From the NCBI GenBank assembly GCA_965263355.1, contig CBDHHL010000048.1, forward strand, positions 32,001-96,000: DNA of 64,000 nucleotides, given 5' to 3'. The notes below the pieces were generated by a model. That model saw only the letters and a program-made list of their open reading frames with translations. It did no database searches and had not been told where the DNA came from. The translations under genes and the position numbers were made by a program. Source of the stretch: Leptolyngbyaceae cyanobacterium (GTDB lineage: Bacteria > Cyanobacteriota > Cyanobacteriia > Phormidesmidales > Phormidesmidaceae). Positions within the stretch are counted from its first letter, which is position 1; each line of letters starts with the position of its first letter. Shown here piece by piece: positions 11,097-21,817 of the stretch.

Positions 11097-11122
11097 GGGG
11101 TTGAAGTGATTACTTCAACCCC
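11097..11122 (+). terminator. Intrinsic terminator after sigA
   Basis: GGGGTTGAAGT-GATT-ACTTCAACCCC followed by ACTATTTTTT. Confidence 0.75.
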
Positions 11123-11237
11123 ACTATTTTTTCAAGGAAATTTAAGAGTTATATCAGCTGCAATCACACTGCCGAGCAGATTCAAATTTGCTTGAGACAT
11201 TGTTACATAACCAGATGGACAAAACTGCCATTTTGTT

Positions 11238-11271
11238 GGTACTGTTGTTCTTGTAGGGGTACGTCTGTTCC
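11238..11271 (+). promoter_or_regulatory. Two tandem LexA boxes upstream of lexA
   Basis: GGTACTGTTGTTCT (11238-11251) and GGTACGTCTGTTCC (11258-11271) both fit RGTACNNNDGTWCB. Confidence 0.8.
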
Positions 11272-11296
11272 CTTGTGTTTGTCCATTGAGTAATAT

Positions 11297-11902
11297 ATGG
11301 AACCTCTTACTAATGCTCAAGAGGAGCTTTATAACTGGTTAGCTGATTATATTCGTGAACATCAGCACTCTCCTTCTATTCGCCAAATGATGAGGGCTAT
11401 GGGATTAAAGTCTCCAGCCCCTATTCAAAGCCGTCTCGACCACCTTAGAAAAAAGGGTTACATTGATTGGAATGAAGGCAAAGCTCGAACAATTCGTATT
11501 TTGCAGGGCAGTGGAGTTCCTATCAAGGGAACGATTGCTGCAGGTTCAATGGTTGAAGCGTTCGCAGACGTAGCTGAAGAACATCTTGATTTATCTTCAC
11601 TACCCATTAAATCCTACGATTATGCTTTACGCGTTCGGGGAGATAGCATGGTCGATGCCCTGATTGATAATGGGGATTTTGTGATCATGCGGCCTGTTAA
11701 GGATCTTAGCAGTGTAAAGGATGGAACGATTGTGGCCGCTCGTGTAGAAAGTGCGACCACTTTGAAGTATCTATATCGTCAAGGTAATGATGTGGTATTA
11801 AAACCTGCTAATCCTAGCTATGAGCCCATGGTATATCCAGCTCAAGACGTTGATATTCAAGGTCGTCTTCTGGCTGTCTGGCGCAGTCAAGACTTGATTT
11901 AA
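11297..11902 (+). CDS. lexA: LexA repressor
   Basis: wHTH PSIRQM...KSPAPIQSRL; IAAG cleavage site; GDSM Ser; TLK Lys. Confidence 0.96.
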   Translation: MEPLTNAQEELYNWLADYIREHQHSPSIRQMMRAMGLKSPAPIQSRLDHLRKKGYIDWNEGKARTIRILQGSGVPIKGTIAAGSMVEAFADVAEEHLDLSSLPIKSYDYALRVRGDSMVDALIDNGDFVIMRPVKDLSSVKDGTIVAARVESATTLKYLYRQGNDVVLKPANPSYEPMVYPAQDVDIQGRLLAVWRSQDLI

Positions 11903-12076
11903 GCACAGTCTATTAAGGCTCTTGATTAACATAGCTAGCTGGCTAGCCAAAAAACTTCTCAGTAGCTTGGAGCCACTAAAACCCGCTAAGAATTAAGGCA
12001 CTTTACTCGTGTTATTTCTTTTCAATGCCTTTGCTTTAATTAAACTAGAGGCAAAAATGAGCAATAAAAGCTACTT

Positions 12077-13717
12077 ATGATGAATTTGTCAGGGGGCTCT
12101 GGTCGACGTTGGCAATTGATGATTATCGTAATCCCACTTCTGCTAATTAGCTTCAGTATTAACAGCTGTGGGCAGCTATTACCAACCTCAAGACAACTAC
12201 ATCGTCCCTTCAATAATAACCTTCTAGCGTATATCCCTAAGCAGGCATTAATAGCAGGCATACTTGATACAGCAGTCATAAAAGATAAGGTTTGGTCGCG
12301 ATCCAACCTTCATCAATCTGCATTAAAGTCTATAAACTCATGGTTAACCTTGCTTAATCTTGATTTCAATCAAGATATCCGACCCTTGTTGGGTCAAAAT
12401 ATCGCTTTTGCGATTACCACTAAAGATATTGATCGAGATCGAAGCAATGGACGTCAGAACGGATATCTCTTAGCCATTGACACGGCTGATGTAGAACAGT
12501 TGCGTGAGCTTTTAGAACTTTTTTGGCAACGACAAACCGTTGCTGGCACTCAGCCTTTCTTAACCGAGGTTAGTGGCGTACCCATTATTGCTGGTTCGAT
12601 TGCTTCAGAGCAGCGTCGGTTGGCAACTGCCGTTGTAGGTGCAAGCACTTTGCTAGTCGCCAATGACGTCAAAGTTTTGCGACAAAGTTTACGAGTTGCC
12701 CAGATCCCAGCTCTTCAGTTAAACAAGCAGGATTGTTGTACCTCCCTATGGCTGAATTTAAATATTCCAGAATTTATTGATTGGTTAGGGCTAGCATCAC
12801 CTAATCATATACGCTTCATGCCTACCCCTCAATGGCAACAATTGCATGCCGCCATTGAGGCTTATTCCCAGAGGTTAGTGATCAACACGCAATTAAATAG
12901 GTTGAATCGCCAGCCCATTGGCCTATCGGCAACTACTGCTTTAAAGAGTTTAAATACACCATCACCCAAAAGTATGGGGGATAGCCCTCAACGATACTTG
13001 CCTACAGACCTAGCATGGGTTGCAATAGGAGAGAATTTAATCCCTCTATGGACAGGAATATCAGATGAACTCGCTCAATATGAGCAATTACCGTCTCCGC
13101 TTCAACAATGGCAGCAATGGTACTCAACAAAACTAACTCAAACATTATCAGAGCCTCTCGTACAGCTTTTAAGCAGCCACTATGCCATTGGCCAATTATC
13201 AGACGGCAACTGGCTCATGGCTTTGGAAAATAGGTATCCAACAGCGATTAGTCAATTAGACAGCATGGCCAAGCAGCAAGGATTAACGATTAGTCAGTTA
13301 TCGTTTGCAGAGCAAACTGCAACCGCCTGGAGTCGCCTCAAGACTAAATTAGACACTCGTAATCGAGAAACTACAGTTGAAACTGATCTAATCCTATTGC
13401 ACACTAAAGTCGGCAATTACAATATCTTTTCCACATCCCTTGCGGGGTTGACGTCTGCTCTAGAGACATCCAGTCATACTCTGTTAGATACTCAACGATT
13501 TCAGCGCACTGTGCAACCAATGAATACGCCTAATCAAGGATATATGTATGGAACTTGGTATGAGATTGAACGTCTTTTAGCTAGTACTCGTTGGTTTTCC
13601 TTACTGAAACCCATTTTACAACCATGGTTGCAGTCCATTGATGCGATCGCAATTACTGGCTACGAACAAACAGTTAATCAATTGACCGGAACCATCTCAA
13701 TTCTCTTGAAGAAGTAA
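12077..13717 (+). CDS. DUF3352 domain protein (likely exported)
   Basis: N-terminal hydrophobic segment; DIRPLLG..IAFAITTKDIDRDRSNG..GYLL, FWQR motifs. Confidence 0.8.
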   Translation: MMNLSGGSGRRWQLMIIVIPLLLISFSINSCGQLLPTSRQLHRPFNNNLLAYIPKQALIAGILDTAVIKDKVWSRSNLHQSALKSINSWLTLLNLDFNQDIRPLLGQNIAFAITTKDIDRDRSNGRQNGYLLAIDTADVEQLRELLELFWQRQTVAGTQPFLTEVSGVPIIAGSIASEQRRLATAVVGASTLLVANDVKVLRQSLRVAQIPALQLNKQDCCTSLWLNLNIPEFIDWLGLASPNHIRFMPTPQWQQLHAAIEAYSQRLVINTQLNRLNRQPIGLSATTALKSLNTPSPKSMGDSPQRYLPTDLAWVAIGENLIPLWTGISDELAQYEQLPSPLQQWQQWYSTKLTQTLSEPLVQLLSSHYAIGQLSDGNWLMALENRYPTAISQLDSMAKQQGLTISQLSFAEQTATAWSRLKTKLDTRNRETTVETDLILLHTKVGNYNIFSTSLAGLTSALETSSHTLLDTQRFQRTVQPMNTPNQGYMYGTWYEIERLLASTRWFSLLKPILQPWLQSIDAIAITGYEQTVNQLTGTISILLKK

Positions 13718-13884
13718 CTGTTCTAAGTTGCAGGTAAGCCACTCCAAAATGGGCAGCCTGACGTGTAGACGGGGACAAACAATACTCTCGTACCCTGAGT
13801 TCAACGGCTCCCACTGACGAACCTGGTAAGAGTAATAGTTTTGAACATCTGTAAAGCTAAACTATAAGTTATTGATATTGAGCT

Positions 13885-14217
13885 ATGACAATCTCTATGG
13901 ACTTAGGTGTTCATGTAATTGAGCCCAGTGGTATTTTAGACGGTACCCAGGTCGCCACCTTTCGACAGCAGGTAGATGTTGCCCTGGAAAAAGCAGCTAA
14001 GGTACTGCTAATCGATCTTAAGGACATCACATTTGTAGATAGTTCAGGTTTGGGCGTTTTAGTTGCATGTTTAAAAAATGCACGTTCAGTTGGCTGTCAA
14101 ATGTATATTTGCTCCATCAACGATCAAATCCGCATGCTATTTGAGCTAACCAGCATGGATCGAGTATTTGAAATTTTCGATGATCGAGCAGCATTTGAAG
14201 CAGCTGTTCTCAAATAA
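13885..14217 (+). CDS. STAS-domain anti-sigma factor antagonist
   Basis: IDLKDITFVDSSGLGVL; MLFELTSMDRVF. Confidence 0.92.
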   Translation: MTISMDLGVHVIEPSGILDGTQVATFRQQVDVALEKAAKVLLIDLKDITFVDSSGLGVLVACLKNARSVGCQMYICSINDQIRMLFELTSMDRVFEIFDDRAAFEAAVLK

Positions 14218-14371
14218 GCTATATACAGAATGCCATCACTTGATAACAGTTTTCCTCTGGCATGCCAAGGGAAACTGTCTTGATTAATAGCAACAACAGT
14301 CGGAAATTCCCCATCGTTAGCTAGATTGAGTAGACTAATACATAGGCGTTCTTAAATCTAATACAAATCCT

Positions 14372-15055
14372 ATGGTGCTTTTTGGACTTGGTGGCTTAGG
14401 CAAAAAAGCCACAATGCCTGCTTCTGCAGAGGCATTACCAGGTCGTCTTGAGAAAATGCCTGTTCCTAAGCAGCATTACGTTAATGGCAATCCGTTGCAG
14501 GCCCCTTTCCCAGAAGGAATACAAATAGCGATGTTTGGTCTGGGCTGTTTTTGGGGAGCCGAGCGTTGCTTTTGGCAACAGGATGGCGTTTTTTCCACTG
14601 CTGTCGGCTACAGCGCTGGCTTCACACCAAACCCTACTTATCGGGAAGTATGTTCCGGCATGACCGGTCATAACGAAGTTGTAATGGTGATATTTGATCC
14701 CAACGTAATTAGCTACGAACAGCTACTCAAAGTCTTTTGGGAAAGTCATAATCCTACCCAGGGCATGCGTCAGGGGAATGATGTTGGAACCCAGTACCGT
14801 TCTGGAATCTACACCTACTCGCCTGAACAGAGGGCGACAGCTGAAAATTCATTGGCTATGTACCAAGAGGCCTTAAGCCAGTCAGGTTATGGCACCATTA
14901 CAACTGAAATCTTGGATGCGCCTGAATTTTATTATGCGGAAGATTACCATCAGCAATATCTAGCTAAGAATCCTGGCGGTTATTGTGGCCTTGGCGGTAC
15001 TAATGTTGACTGCCCCATTGGTGTTGGTATAGCACCTGATAGTTTAGATCAATAG
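14372..15055 (+). CDS. msrA: Peptide methionine sulfoxide reductase A
   Basis: [20 protein letters not shown]. Confidence 0.96.
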   Translation: MVLFGLGGLGKKATMPASAEALPGRLEKMPVPKQHYVNGNPLQAPFPEGIQIAMFGLGCFWGAERCFWQQDGVFSTAVGYSAGFTPNPTYREVCSGMTGHNEVVMVIFDPNVISYEQLLKVFWESHNPTQGMRQGNDVGTQYRSGIYTYSPEQRATAENSLAMYQEALSQSGYGTITTEILDAPEFYYAEDYHQQYLAKNPGGYCGLGGTNVDCPIGVGIAPDSLDQ

Positions 15056-15060
15056 ACTTC

Positions 15061-15109
15061 AAAAACAACTTACTATTGGTGGTGAGACTACCAATAGTAA
15101 GTTGTTTTT
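15061..15109. terminator. 20-bp perfect hairpin, probable bidirectional terminator (msrA/pheS)
   Basis: AAAAACAACTTACTATTGGT-9nt-ACCAATAGTAAGTTGTTTTT. Confidence 0.8.
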
Positions 15110-15112
15110 AAA

Positions 15113-15341
15113 CAGGACTTGCGCAAACCAAAATAGCTAGAAATCTTTTAAAGTAAGGTTTACGAGCATTTTCTGACGATCATAGCGGCAAAATGTAGCC
15201 ATGTAACAAGTCTGTATCCCTACTTGGCAAAGCGGTTAAAACATTAGAAATGACTGCATTTGACGGCAATGCTTCTTGAAAAGTGGTCTCTATTCCATTT
15301 ACAGCAAGGCTTTCATGCATAAAATGCTTGCGCAAGCCTAG
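15113..15341. mobile_element. MITE-like element
   Basis: Ends CAGGACTTGCGCAA ... TTGCGCAAGCCTAG, flanked on both sides by TTTAAA; no ORF. Confidence 0.6.
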
Positions 15342-15385
15342 TTTAAAGGGCTCTGTTTATTGAAAAATAACCAAGAAAAATTCCC

Positions 15386-16378
15386 TTAAAACTGTTTTAG
15401 AAAGCGAAGATCACTTGCATATAGTCGTCGAATATCATCGATTTGACTTTGCACCATGGCTAAACGCTCCACACCTAAGCCAGCAGCAAAACCACTGTAA
15501 ACCTCTGGATCATAGCCAACCGCCTTCAGCACGTTTGGATCAATCATGCCGCAACCCAGAACTTCTAACCATCTACCCTTCCATTTCACATCCACTTCAG
15601 CTGAGGGCTCAGTAAATGGAAAGTAGCTAGGGCGCAACTGCACTTCTATATTCCCAAACAGCGCCTCTAAAAACAGCTGAATGGTACCTCGCAAATCAGC
15701 AAAGGTAATATTCTTATCCACAGCAAAGAATTCAATTTGGTGGAAAACTGCTGCGTGGGTAGCATCTACCGTATCGCGACGATAACAACGCCCCGTAGCC
15801 AATGCCCGCAAAGGTGGCTCATGGTTTTCCATGTAACGAATTTGGGTATTGGATGTATGGGTGCGCATCATCTTGCCATTAGGCAAGTAGAGAGTATCCT
15901 GCATATCGCGCGCAGGATGATCGGGCAAAAAGTTGAGCGCCTCAAAATTATAGTAGTCCTCTTCAATTTCAGGAGCACTAGCAACGGTATATCCCAGACC
16001 AACAAAAATATCAGTAATCTGATCAATAATGCTGTTAATGGGATGAACTCGTCCCTGAGGCAAATAAGTCCCCGGCATGGAGACATCTAGGGTTTCAGCC
16101 TCAAGCTGGGCTTGGATTTTGGCATCCTGCAAAGCAGCTTTACGCTGATCAATGCTAGTTTGCAGCGATATCTTAACCTGATTAGCCAAAGCGCCAATCC
16201 GGGGCCGATCTTCTGCAGACAATTTACCCATGCCACCTAAGATTTTAGAGAGCTTTCCTTTTTTACCCAGATAGCCCACCCGAAATTGATCGAGTTCATC
16301 TAGGCTGCTCAATGTGGCGATCTGCTTGCTGGCTTCTTCTTGCAATGTACTCAGTTGCTGCTCTAGGTCGGTGGTCAT
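15386..16378 (-). CDS. pheS: Phenylalanyl-tRNA synthetase alpha subunit
   Basis: [32 protein letters not shown]; likely start MTTDLE at 16378. Confidence 0.97.
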   Translation of the reverse strand: MTTDLEQQLSTLQEEASKQIATLSSLDELDQFRVGYLGKKGKLSKILGGMGKLSAEDRPRIGALANQVKISLQTSIDQRKAALQDAKIQAQLEAETLDVSMPGTYLPQGRVHPINSIIDQITDIFVGLGYTVASAPEIEEDYYNFEALNFLPDHPARDMQDTLYLPNGKMMRTHTSNTQIRYMENHEPPLRALATGRCYRRDTVDATHAAVFHQIEFFAVDKNITFADLRGTIQLFLEALFGNIEVQLRPSYFPFTEPSAEVDVKWKGRWLEVLGCGMIDPNVLKAVGYDPEVYSGFAAGLGVERLAMVQSQIDDIRRLYASDLRFLKQF

Positions 16379-16449
16379 ACTGGCCAAACGGTTGAAACGG
16401 AAGGGGCACAAAAGACAATCTTTAGTCTACACCGAAGCTTTGATTACCT

Positions 16450-17292
16450 ATGAAACTATTAATCAGCAATGATGACGGTATTTTTGCGGTTGGTATTCGC
16501 ACTCTCGCCAATACCCTGGCAGCGCAAGGGCATGAAGTTACGGTTGTCTGTCCCGACCGGGAACGGTCTGCCACAGGTCATGGCATTACCATGCATCAAC
16601 CTATTCGAGCTGAGCAAGTCATCTCTATCTACGACAAAAGCATTCAAGCCTGGGCCTGCTCTGGCACTCCCGCTGACTGCGTAAAACTTGCCCTTGATGC
16701 ATTGTTAGATAATAAACCGGATTGTGTCCTATCAGGCATCAACCACGGAGCAAATTTAGGCAATGACGTACTTTATTCAGGTACAGTGTCGGCAGCTATG
16801 GAAGGTCTGTTAGAAGGAATTCCTAGCCTGGCCATTAGTCTAGCTAGTTTCAGCCATCCAGATTTTCAACCCGCCGCAGACTATGCTTGTCAACTAGTGC
16901 CCAACTTGCCACAACTTGAACAACCGCTACTATTAAATCTCAATATTCCACCCATTAATAAAACAAAAATCCAGGGGGTAGCTGTGGCACGTCTGGGAGT
17001 ACGTCGCTATCGGGATCTTTTTGAAAAACGGATCGATCCTCGTGGAAAAACCTACTATTGGTTAGCGGGAGAAGTATTAGAAGAAGGCGATCTCGATCTT
17101 CCCCATAGCCTGCCTAATAGCCTTACCCCAACCGAAAATATGGATTTTATGACTCGATTCACAACCGATGTGAAAGCACTTAAAGCTGGGTACATTACAG
17201 TTACACCTCTACACTATGATTTGACGGCTTATAGTGACTTAGTAGCTATACAAAATCATCTACCCCAAATATTTTCTTGTCAAAAAGAATAA
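16450..17292 (+). CDS. surE: 5'/3'-nucleotidase SurE
   Basis: [34 protein letters not shown]. Confidence 0.96.
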   Translation: MKLLISNDDGIFAVGIRTLANTLAAQGHEVTVVCPDRERSATGHGITMHQPIRAEQVISIYDKSIQAWACSGTPADCVKLALDALLDNKPDCVLSGINHGANLGNDVLYSGTVSAAMEGLLEGIPSLAISLASFSHPDFQPAADYACQLVPNLPQLEQPLLLNLNIPPINKTKIQGVAVARLGVRRYRDLFEKRIDPRGKTYYWLAGEVLEEGDLDLPHSLPNSLTPTENMDFMTRFTTDVKALKAGYITVTPLHYDLTAYSDLVAIQNHLPQIFSCQKE

Positions 17293-17624
17293 AGTTATTT
17301 GGGCCTAGTTTCGATAGTGCTTTGGGCAAACTAGCTTTAAGCAAAGTGGCTTAATCTAAAATTGGCCATCCAAAAGAAAAAATACCTAAGCTTAGCTTCA
17401 GATGCAAAAATCTTAACGATTGCAAATGCGCGCGCTATGGCTTGATCTATAAAGACAGTCTAGGGTTATGAATGTTTTTATGGATCGCTAGGTAAGATTG
17501 CTCCTGATAACAACTCATTTCTCTAGAAGGAAAGAGGATACGCTAAGCTAATGGGCTTAACCAAACCACTCAACGGCCATTCAGCACAATTCGCGTCCCT
17601 CATTAACGTCATTATTAGCCACTG

Positions 17625-18506
17625 ATGTCCGACTCGAATGCTCAATTTACGATTCACTTTTGGGGAGTACGCGGCAGTATTCCTTGTCCTGGTGCTGAAA
17701 CCGTTCGCTATGGTGGCAATACATCTTGTATAGAGATGCGGGTTAACGGAGAGCGTTTGATTTTTGATGGTGGCACAGGCTTACGAGAATTGGGGCAGCA
17801 TCTTCTGGATGAAGGTGAGCCTATTCATGCCAGCATGTTTTTTACCCATTCCCATTGGGATCATATCCAGGGATTTCCGTTCTTTGTACCAGCCTTTCTG
17901 CCCATTAATCAGTTTGAAGTGTACGGTGTTATTTCCCCAAATGGGGCAACAATTGAACAGCGTCTTAATGATCAAATGCTGCATCCCAACTTTCCAGTTC
18001 CGCTACAGATTATGCAGGCACAGCTGAAGTTTTGCGACCTTTCAATCGGTGAAACAGTAGCTATCGGAGACATCAGTGTAACCAATGCCTTACTAAATCA
18101 TCCGGGCGAGGCAGTTGGTTATCGTATCGAGTGGAATGGTCTAGCAGCAGCCTATGTTACTGATACTGAACACTTTCCTGAACGGTTAGATGAGAATGTT
18201 TTGTTCTTGGCTCAGAACGCTGACGTGATGATTTACGACTGTACGTATACTGATGCAGAATATCACTCCAAAACCAGTAGCAAGGTAGGTTGGGGACATT
18301 CAACCTGGCAGGAAGCAGTTAAGTTAGCTAAAGCTGCCAATGTGAAAAAGCTTGTGATTTTCCATCATGATCCATTGCACGATGATGCCTTCATGGATAA
18401 CATTGGCCGTCAAACTGTAGCTGAATTTCCGAATAGCATTGTGGCCCATGAAGGCATGGTTTTAGACTTAGTCGAGTTAAGGGCACTTGAACTAGCGAGT
18501 CGATAA
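17625..18506 (+). CDS. MBL-fold metallo-hydrolase (phosphodiesterase-like)
   Basis: WGVRGSIP..YGGNTSC; THSHWDH; GHST; FHHDP. Confidence 0.88.
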   Translation: MSDSNAQFTIHFWGVRGSIPCPGAETVRYGGNTSCIEMRVNGERLIFDGGTGLRELGQHLLDEGEPIHASMFFTHSHWDHIQGFPFFVPAFLPINQFEVYGVISPNGATIEQRLNDQMLHPNFPVPLQIMQAQLKFCDLSIGETVAIGDISVTNALLNHPGEAVGYRIEWNGLAAAYVTDTEHFPERLDENVLFLAQNADVMIYDCTYTDAEYHSKTSSKVGWGHSTWQEAVKLAKAANVKKLVIFHHDPLHDDAFMDNIGRQTVAEFPNSIVAHEGMVLDLVELRALELASR

Positions 18507-18619
18507 CTTGGCCATTTGACAATAACAATTTAACCCGCTCGGTCATCAGAGCCATTAAATACAAAAATTATGATCAACAAGAATAAACTCTCTACGAGTG
18601 AACGTAAGCTATTTCTAAA

Positions 18620-18691
18620 AGCGGGTGACGCGATTCGAACGCGCGACATTCACCTTGGCAAGGTGACGCTCTACCACTGAGCTACACCCGC
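18620..18691 (-). tRNA. tRNA-Gly(GCC), CCA not encoded
   Basis: Reverse complement GCGGGTGTAGCTCAGTGGTAGAGCGTCACCTTGCCAAGGTGAATGTCGCGCGTTCGAATCGCGTCACCCGCT folds as a cloverleaf with anticodon GCC. Confidence 0.97.
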
Positions 18692-18783
18692 ATTTGCCTT
18701 GTTTTGACTTTAACAAGGATGCCACAAAAAGTTTTTACTTGTCAAACATAATTCTAGAAACAAAAACGTCAGAGAAGCCAACG

Positions 18784-19323
18784 TTAAACTTCTGCTGATT
18801 TTGGCAACTGGGGCATCATACTAGCCATTCCCAGTGCACTAGGAGGCTTGGGCAACTGGGTCATGAGACTGGCCATTTCTAAGGCACTCATGGCATAGTT
18901 CCAACCCAAATTACTTTTGATCCCTGCTCGTTCCAGCGCTTGCTGCATAGAGTCGGTAGTCAAAATCCCAAAAACAACGGGTACACCCGTTTGAAACCCT
19001 GCAGCAGCAATGCCCTTAGACACTTCAGCAGCCACATAGTCAAAGTGAGGAGTTTGACCACGAATCACAGCTCCCAGACAAATTATGGCATCATAGCTAC
19101 CACTTAGAGCTAGCTGTCGCGCCACTAGGGCGACTTCAAAACTGCCTGGCACCCAAGCATAATCTACTTGACTACCATGGGGATCTACATTAACACCATG
19201 ACGCTTGAGGCAATCCTGACACCCTTCAAGCAACTTGCTAGTCACCAACTCGTTAAATCGGCCAATCACAATGGCAAATTTAGCCGAACTGGCTCGATCA
19301 AAACTTCCTTCAAAAACAGCCAT
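18784..19323 (-). CDS. ribH: 6,7-dimethyl-8-ribityllumazine synthase
   Basis: [25 protein letters not shown]; likely start MAVFEG. Confidence 0.96.
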   Translation of the reverse strand: MAVFEGSFDRASSAKFAIVIGRFNELVTSKLLEGCQDCLKRHGVNVDPHGSQVDYAWVPGSFEVALVARQLALSGSYDAIICLGAVIRGQTPHFDYVAAEVSKGIAAAGFQTGVPVVFGILTTDSMQQALERAGIKSNLGWNYAMSALEMASLMTQLPKPPSALGMASMMPQLPKSAEV

Positions 19324-19453
19324 GGAATTACTCCACTTCTTTAAAGACAAGGTGGCAGGCCTAAATGACCTTACCACCTGATAAAAAGTGCTTTATGTTG
19401 GCAATTTAATCCAAAATGACTAAATAAAAATAAGCGCTTTTCGGAATCTAAGT

Positions 19454-19642
19454 CTAAACTACCAAGTAGTTTAGACTACCTACCACGATCACTAAAACAG
19501 CCCAAATAATAGAACCTAGAAAAATTAGGCGTTTTGATTGTTCCCAATTCTGAGGTGAAGCATAGGCCACGGGAACCCCGATCACCATTACAAAGGACCA
19601 AACTACCAAAATGAATAACAAAAGTTGAAACAGGATAGACAT
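19454..19642 (-). CDS. psbZ: Photosystem II protein PsbZ
   Basis: 62 aa, two TM helices, [14 protein letters not shown] motif ([13 protein letters not shown]). Confidence 0.96.
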   Translation of the reverse strand: MSILFQLLLFILVVWSFVMVIGVPVAYASPQNWEQSKRLIFLGSIIWAVLVIVVGSLNYLVV

Positions 19643-19881
19643 AACTCGCCACTCTCAAGACAGCAAAAAACTTGATATGCCATGTCTGGTCGAAAATCTG
19701 CCATTAACCAAGCAAACCTTTGTGACCACCAGACTTGGGCAAGCCTCTTAATCTACTGATGGTGATACAGTATGGAGCACTGCTCGCCCTGCTTAGTAAG
19801 CTATCAAACATTTGACACCTAACGAAAGCGTTTTGCTGGAATCCATTGGATTAATTTTTCTCAGCTGATATTTTCAGATTT

Positions 19882-19938
19882 ATGGACTTAATCCTGTGCA
19901 ATACAACTGCAGATGTGAACGCTCATCCACGCCATTGA
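19882..19938 (+). pseudogene. Stranded ancestral N-terminus of the tRNA nucleotidyltransferase (18-codon leader ORF)
   Basis: ATG at 19882 gives MDLILCNTTADVNAHPRH*, resembling the MDLILCH.TADFD start I recall for cyanobacterial DHH-CBS-nucleotidyltransferases; out of frame with the main ORF. Confidence 0.7.
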
Positions 19939-21746
19939 GTCAAACCGCTACGGCCCAAGATATTATGTCCTCACCAGTGCGGACAATTCGACCTACTACC
20001 ACGGTGGCAGATGCCCAAAGATCTTTATTGCGCTATGGTCACTCTGCCCTCTGTGTAACCGATAGCTTCGGCCAACTCCAGGGGATAATTTCTAGGCGAG
20101 ACATTGACTTGGCAATGCATTATGGTTTCGGCCAAGCTCCAGTAGAGGGGCATATGGCACTCAATCTAAGAACCATAGGGCCCCATACCCCCCTGAATGA
20201 AATTCAGTCCCTCATGGTCACCTTTGACATAGACAGGCTACCGGTATTGGACGGAAATACGCTGGTGGGCATTATCACTCGCAAAGACCTCCTACGACAG
20301 ATATCTACTCTTCAGTCAGTACATGGAAACTCGCTACAGACACTACAAACGAAATTACAACAACATCTGAAGATGTCACTGCAAGTCCACTCCAAAGCAT
20401 TAGAGTCAGTGGAATTATGGACATTGTTGGATCACATCGCTCACGCTGCTAGGCAACGCGGGTGGCATTTATATCTGGTGGGTGGAGCTGTACGGGATTT
20501 ATTGCTGGCTCCTATGAATACAAGTGTATTCCTCAAAGATATCGATCTGGTGGTGGATAGCTTTCAATCACCCGCAATGGAAGGCGCAGGTGTCGTTCTG
20601 GCTCAACATCTACAAACGCAATATCCAAATGCTGAGCTTCAGGTTCATGGAGAATTTCAAACCGCTACTCTAATTTGTCGTACTCGGCCTGACCATGCCT
20701 CTTTAATGATTGATATTGCCACTGCCCGCACAGAGTTTTATCCGTACCCTGCAGCAAACCCAGAAGTCGAGCCCAGTTCAATTTGCCAAGATCTCTACCG
20801 GCGTGACTTTACTATTAACGCCATGGCAATTCGCCTTACATCACCTCAACCAGGATTACTACTCGACTTTTTTGGGGGGTATTTAGACATTCAAAAACGC
20901 CAGGTACGGGTGCTCCATGCTAATAGTTTTATTGAAGACCCCACTCGCATTTTTCGGGCCGTACGCTTCGCGTCACGTCTAGGATTTACTATCGACTCTC
21001 AAACTGAAAACTTGATTCGCTATGCCGTCGATAGCGGCACCTACACAGCTCTACAAACACGGCAGGCAAAAAGGCGAATGCCAGCGCTACAAAGCCGTCT
21101 CAAAGCCGAGCTAATCTATATTTTTCAAGCAACCTACTGGGCTCAGGCTCTGATGCTCCTGGATCAGCTCGGCGCACTAAGTTGTTTGTATCCCAACTTG
21201 ACTATTGACACAGAACTATGGAAACAACTGCATCGGGTTGATCCCTGGCGACAACGATTTGTGGAAGCAGTAGGAAAAGATATTCATGTAGCGCCTTGGT
21301 TATTGAGATTAGAGATACTGCTAGCCAAAGTGGAGGAGCGCTCTCAAATCGCTACTAACTTACAATTACCATTAGGCTCAATCCAAAGACTGCAGCAACT
21401 GTCCACTGTTGAAAATCACCTATCAAAACAATTCAATCAGGTTTATCAACCCCGTCCTAGCTTCATTTATCAAACTTTAACTGCCTACGATTTACCAAGC
21501 TTATTATTAGTTAGCCTACGGCATCCCAAAAAAATTGGCACTTATATCTGGCAATACGTTACCCAGCTAATCCATATTCGTTTGCCCATCAACGGCAATC
21601 ACCTCAAACAGCTGGGCTATCCTCCTGGCCCTCTATACCGTCGAATACTCACTGCCATGACTCATGCAGCTTTGGATGGTGAAATCACCTCGCTAGCATC
21701 CGCTAAAACCTATTTGAGTCATCATTACCCCATTGCAGACAACTAA
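19935..21746 (+). CDS. CBS-domain tRNA nucleotidyltransferase (A-adding type), lacking DHH/DHHA1 domains
   Basis: CBS pair (MSSPVRTIRP...GIITRKDLLR), LVGGAVRDLLL..DIDLVV, RRDFTINAMA, EDPTRIFR; start uncertain (GTG 19896, TTG 19935 or ATG 19965). Confidence 0.85.
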   Translation: MSQTATAQDIMSSPVRTIRPTTTVADAQRSLLRYGHSALCVTDSFGQLQGIISRRDIDLAMHYGFGQAPVEGHMALNLRTIGPHTPLNEIQSLMVTFDIDRLPVLDGNTLVGIITRKDLLRQISTLQSVHGNSLQTLQTKLQQHLKMSLQVHSKALESVELWTLLDHIAHAARQRGWHLYLVGGAVRDLLLAPMNTSVFLKDIDLVVDSFQSPAMEGAGVVLAQHLQTQYPNAELQVHGEFQTATLICRTRPDHASLMIDIATARTEFYPYPAANPEVEPSSICQDLYRRDFTINAMAIRLTSPQPGLLLDFFGGYLDIQKRQVRVLHANSFIEDPTRIFRAVRFASRLGFTIDSQTENLIRYAVDSGTYTALQTRQAKRRMPALQSRLKAELIYIFQATYWAQALMLLDQLGALSCLYPNLTIDTELWKQLHRVDPWRQRFVEAVGKDIHVAPWLLRLEILLAKVEERSQIATNLQLPLGSIQRLQQLSTVENHLSKQFNQVYQPRPSFIYQTLTAYDLPSLLLVSLRHPKKIGTYIWQYVTQLIHIRLPINGNHLKQLGYPPGPLYRRILTAMTHAALDGEITSLASAKTYLSHHYPIADN

Positions 21747-21817
21747 TAAATAATTTCAATTTTCCTAAAACCCATGCTAAGTATTTTTTATCATCACCGC
21801 CAAAAACCGAAAGGGCA

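Noticed and set aside
13725..13840. GC-richer intergenic stretch between the DUF3352 and STAS genes as a riboswitch or ncRNA
   Set aside because: I found no match to riboswitch or 6S/SRP cores and no convincing stems; an Rfam scan would settle it.
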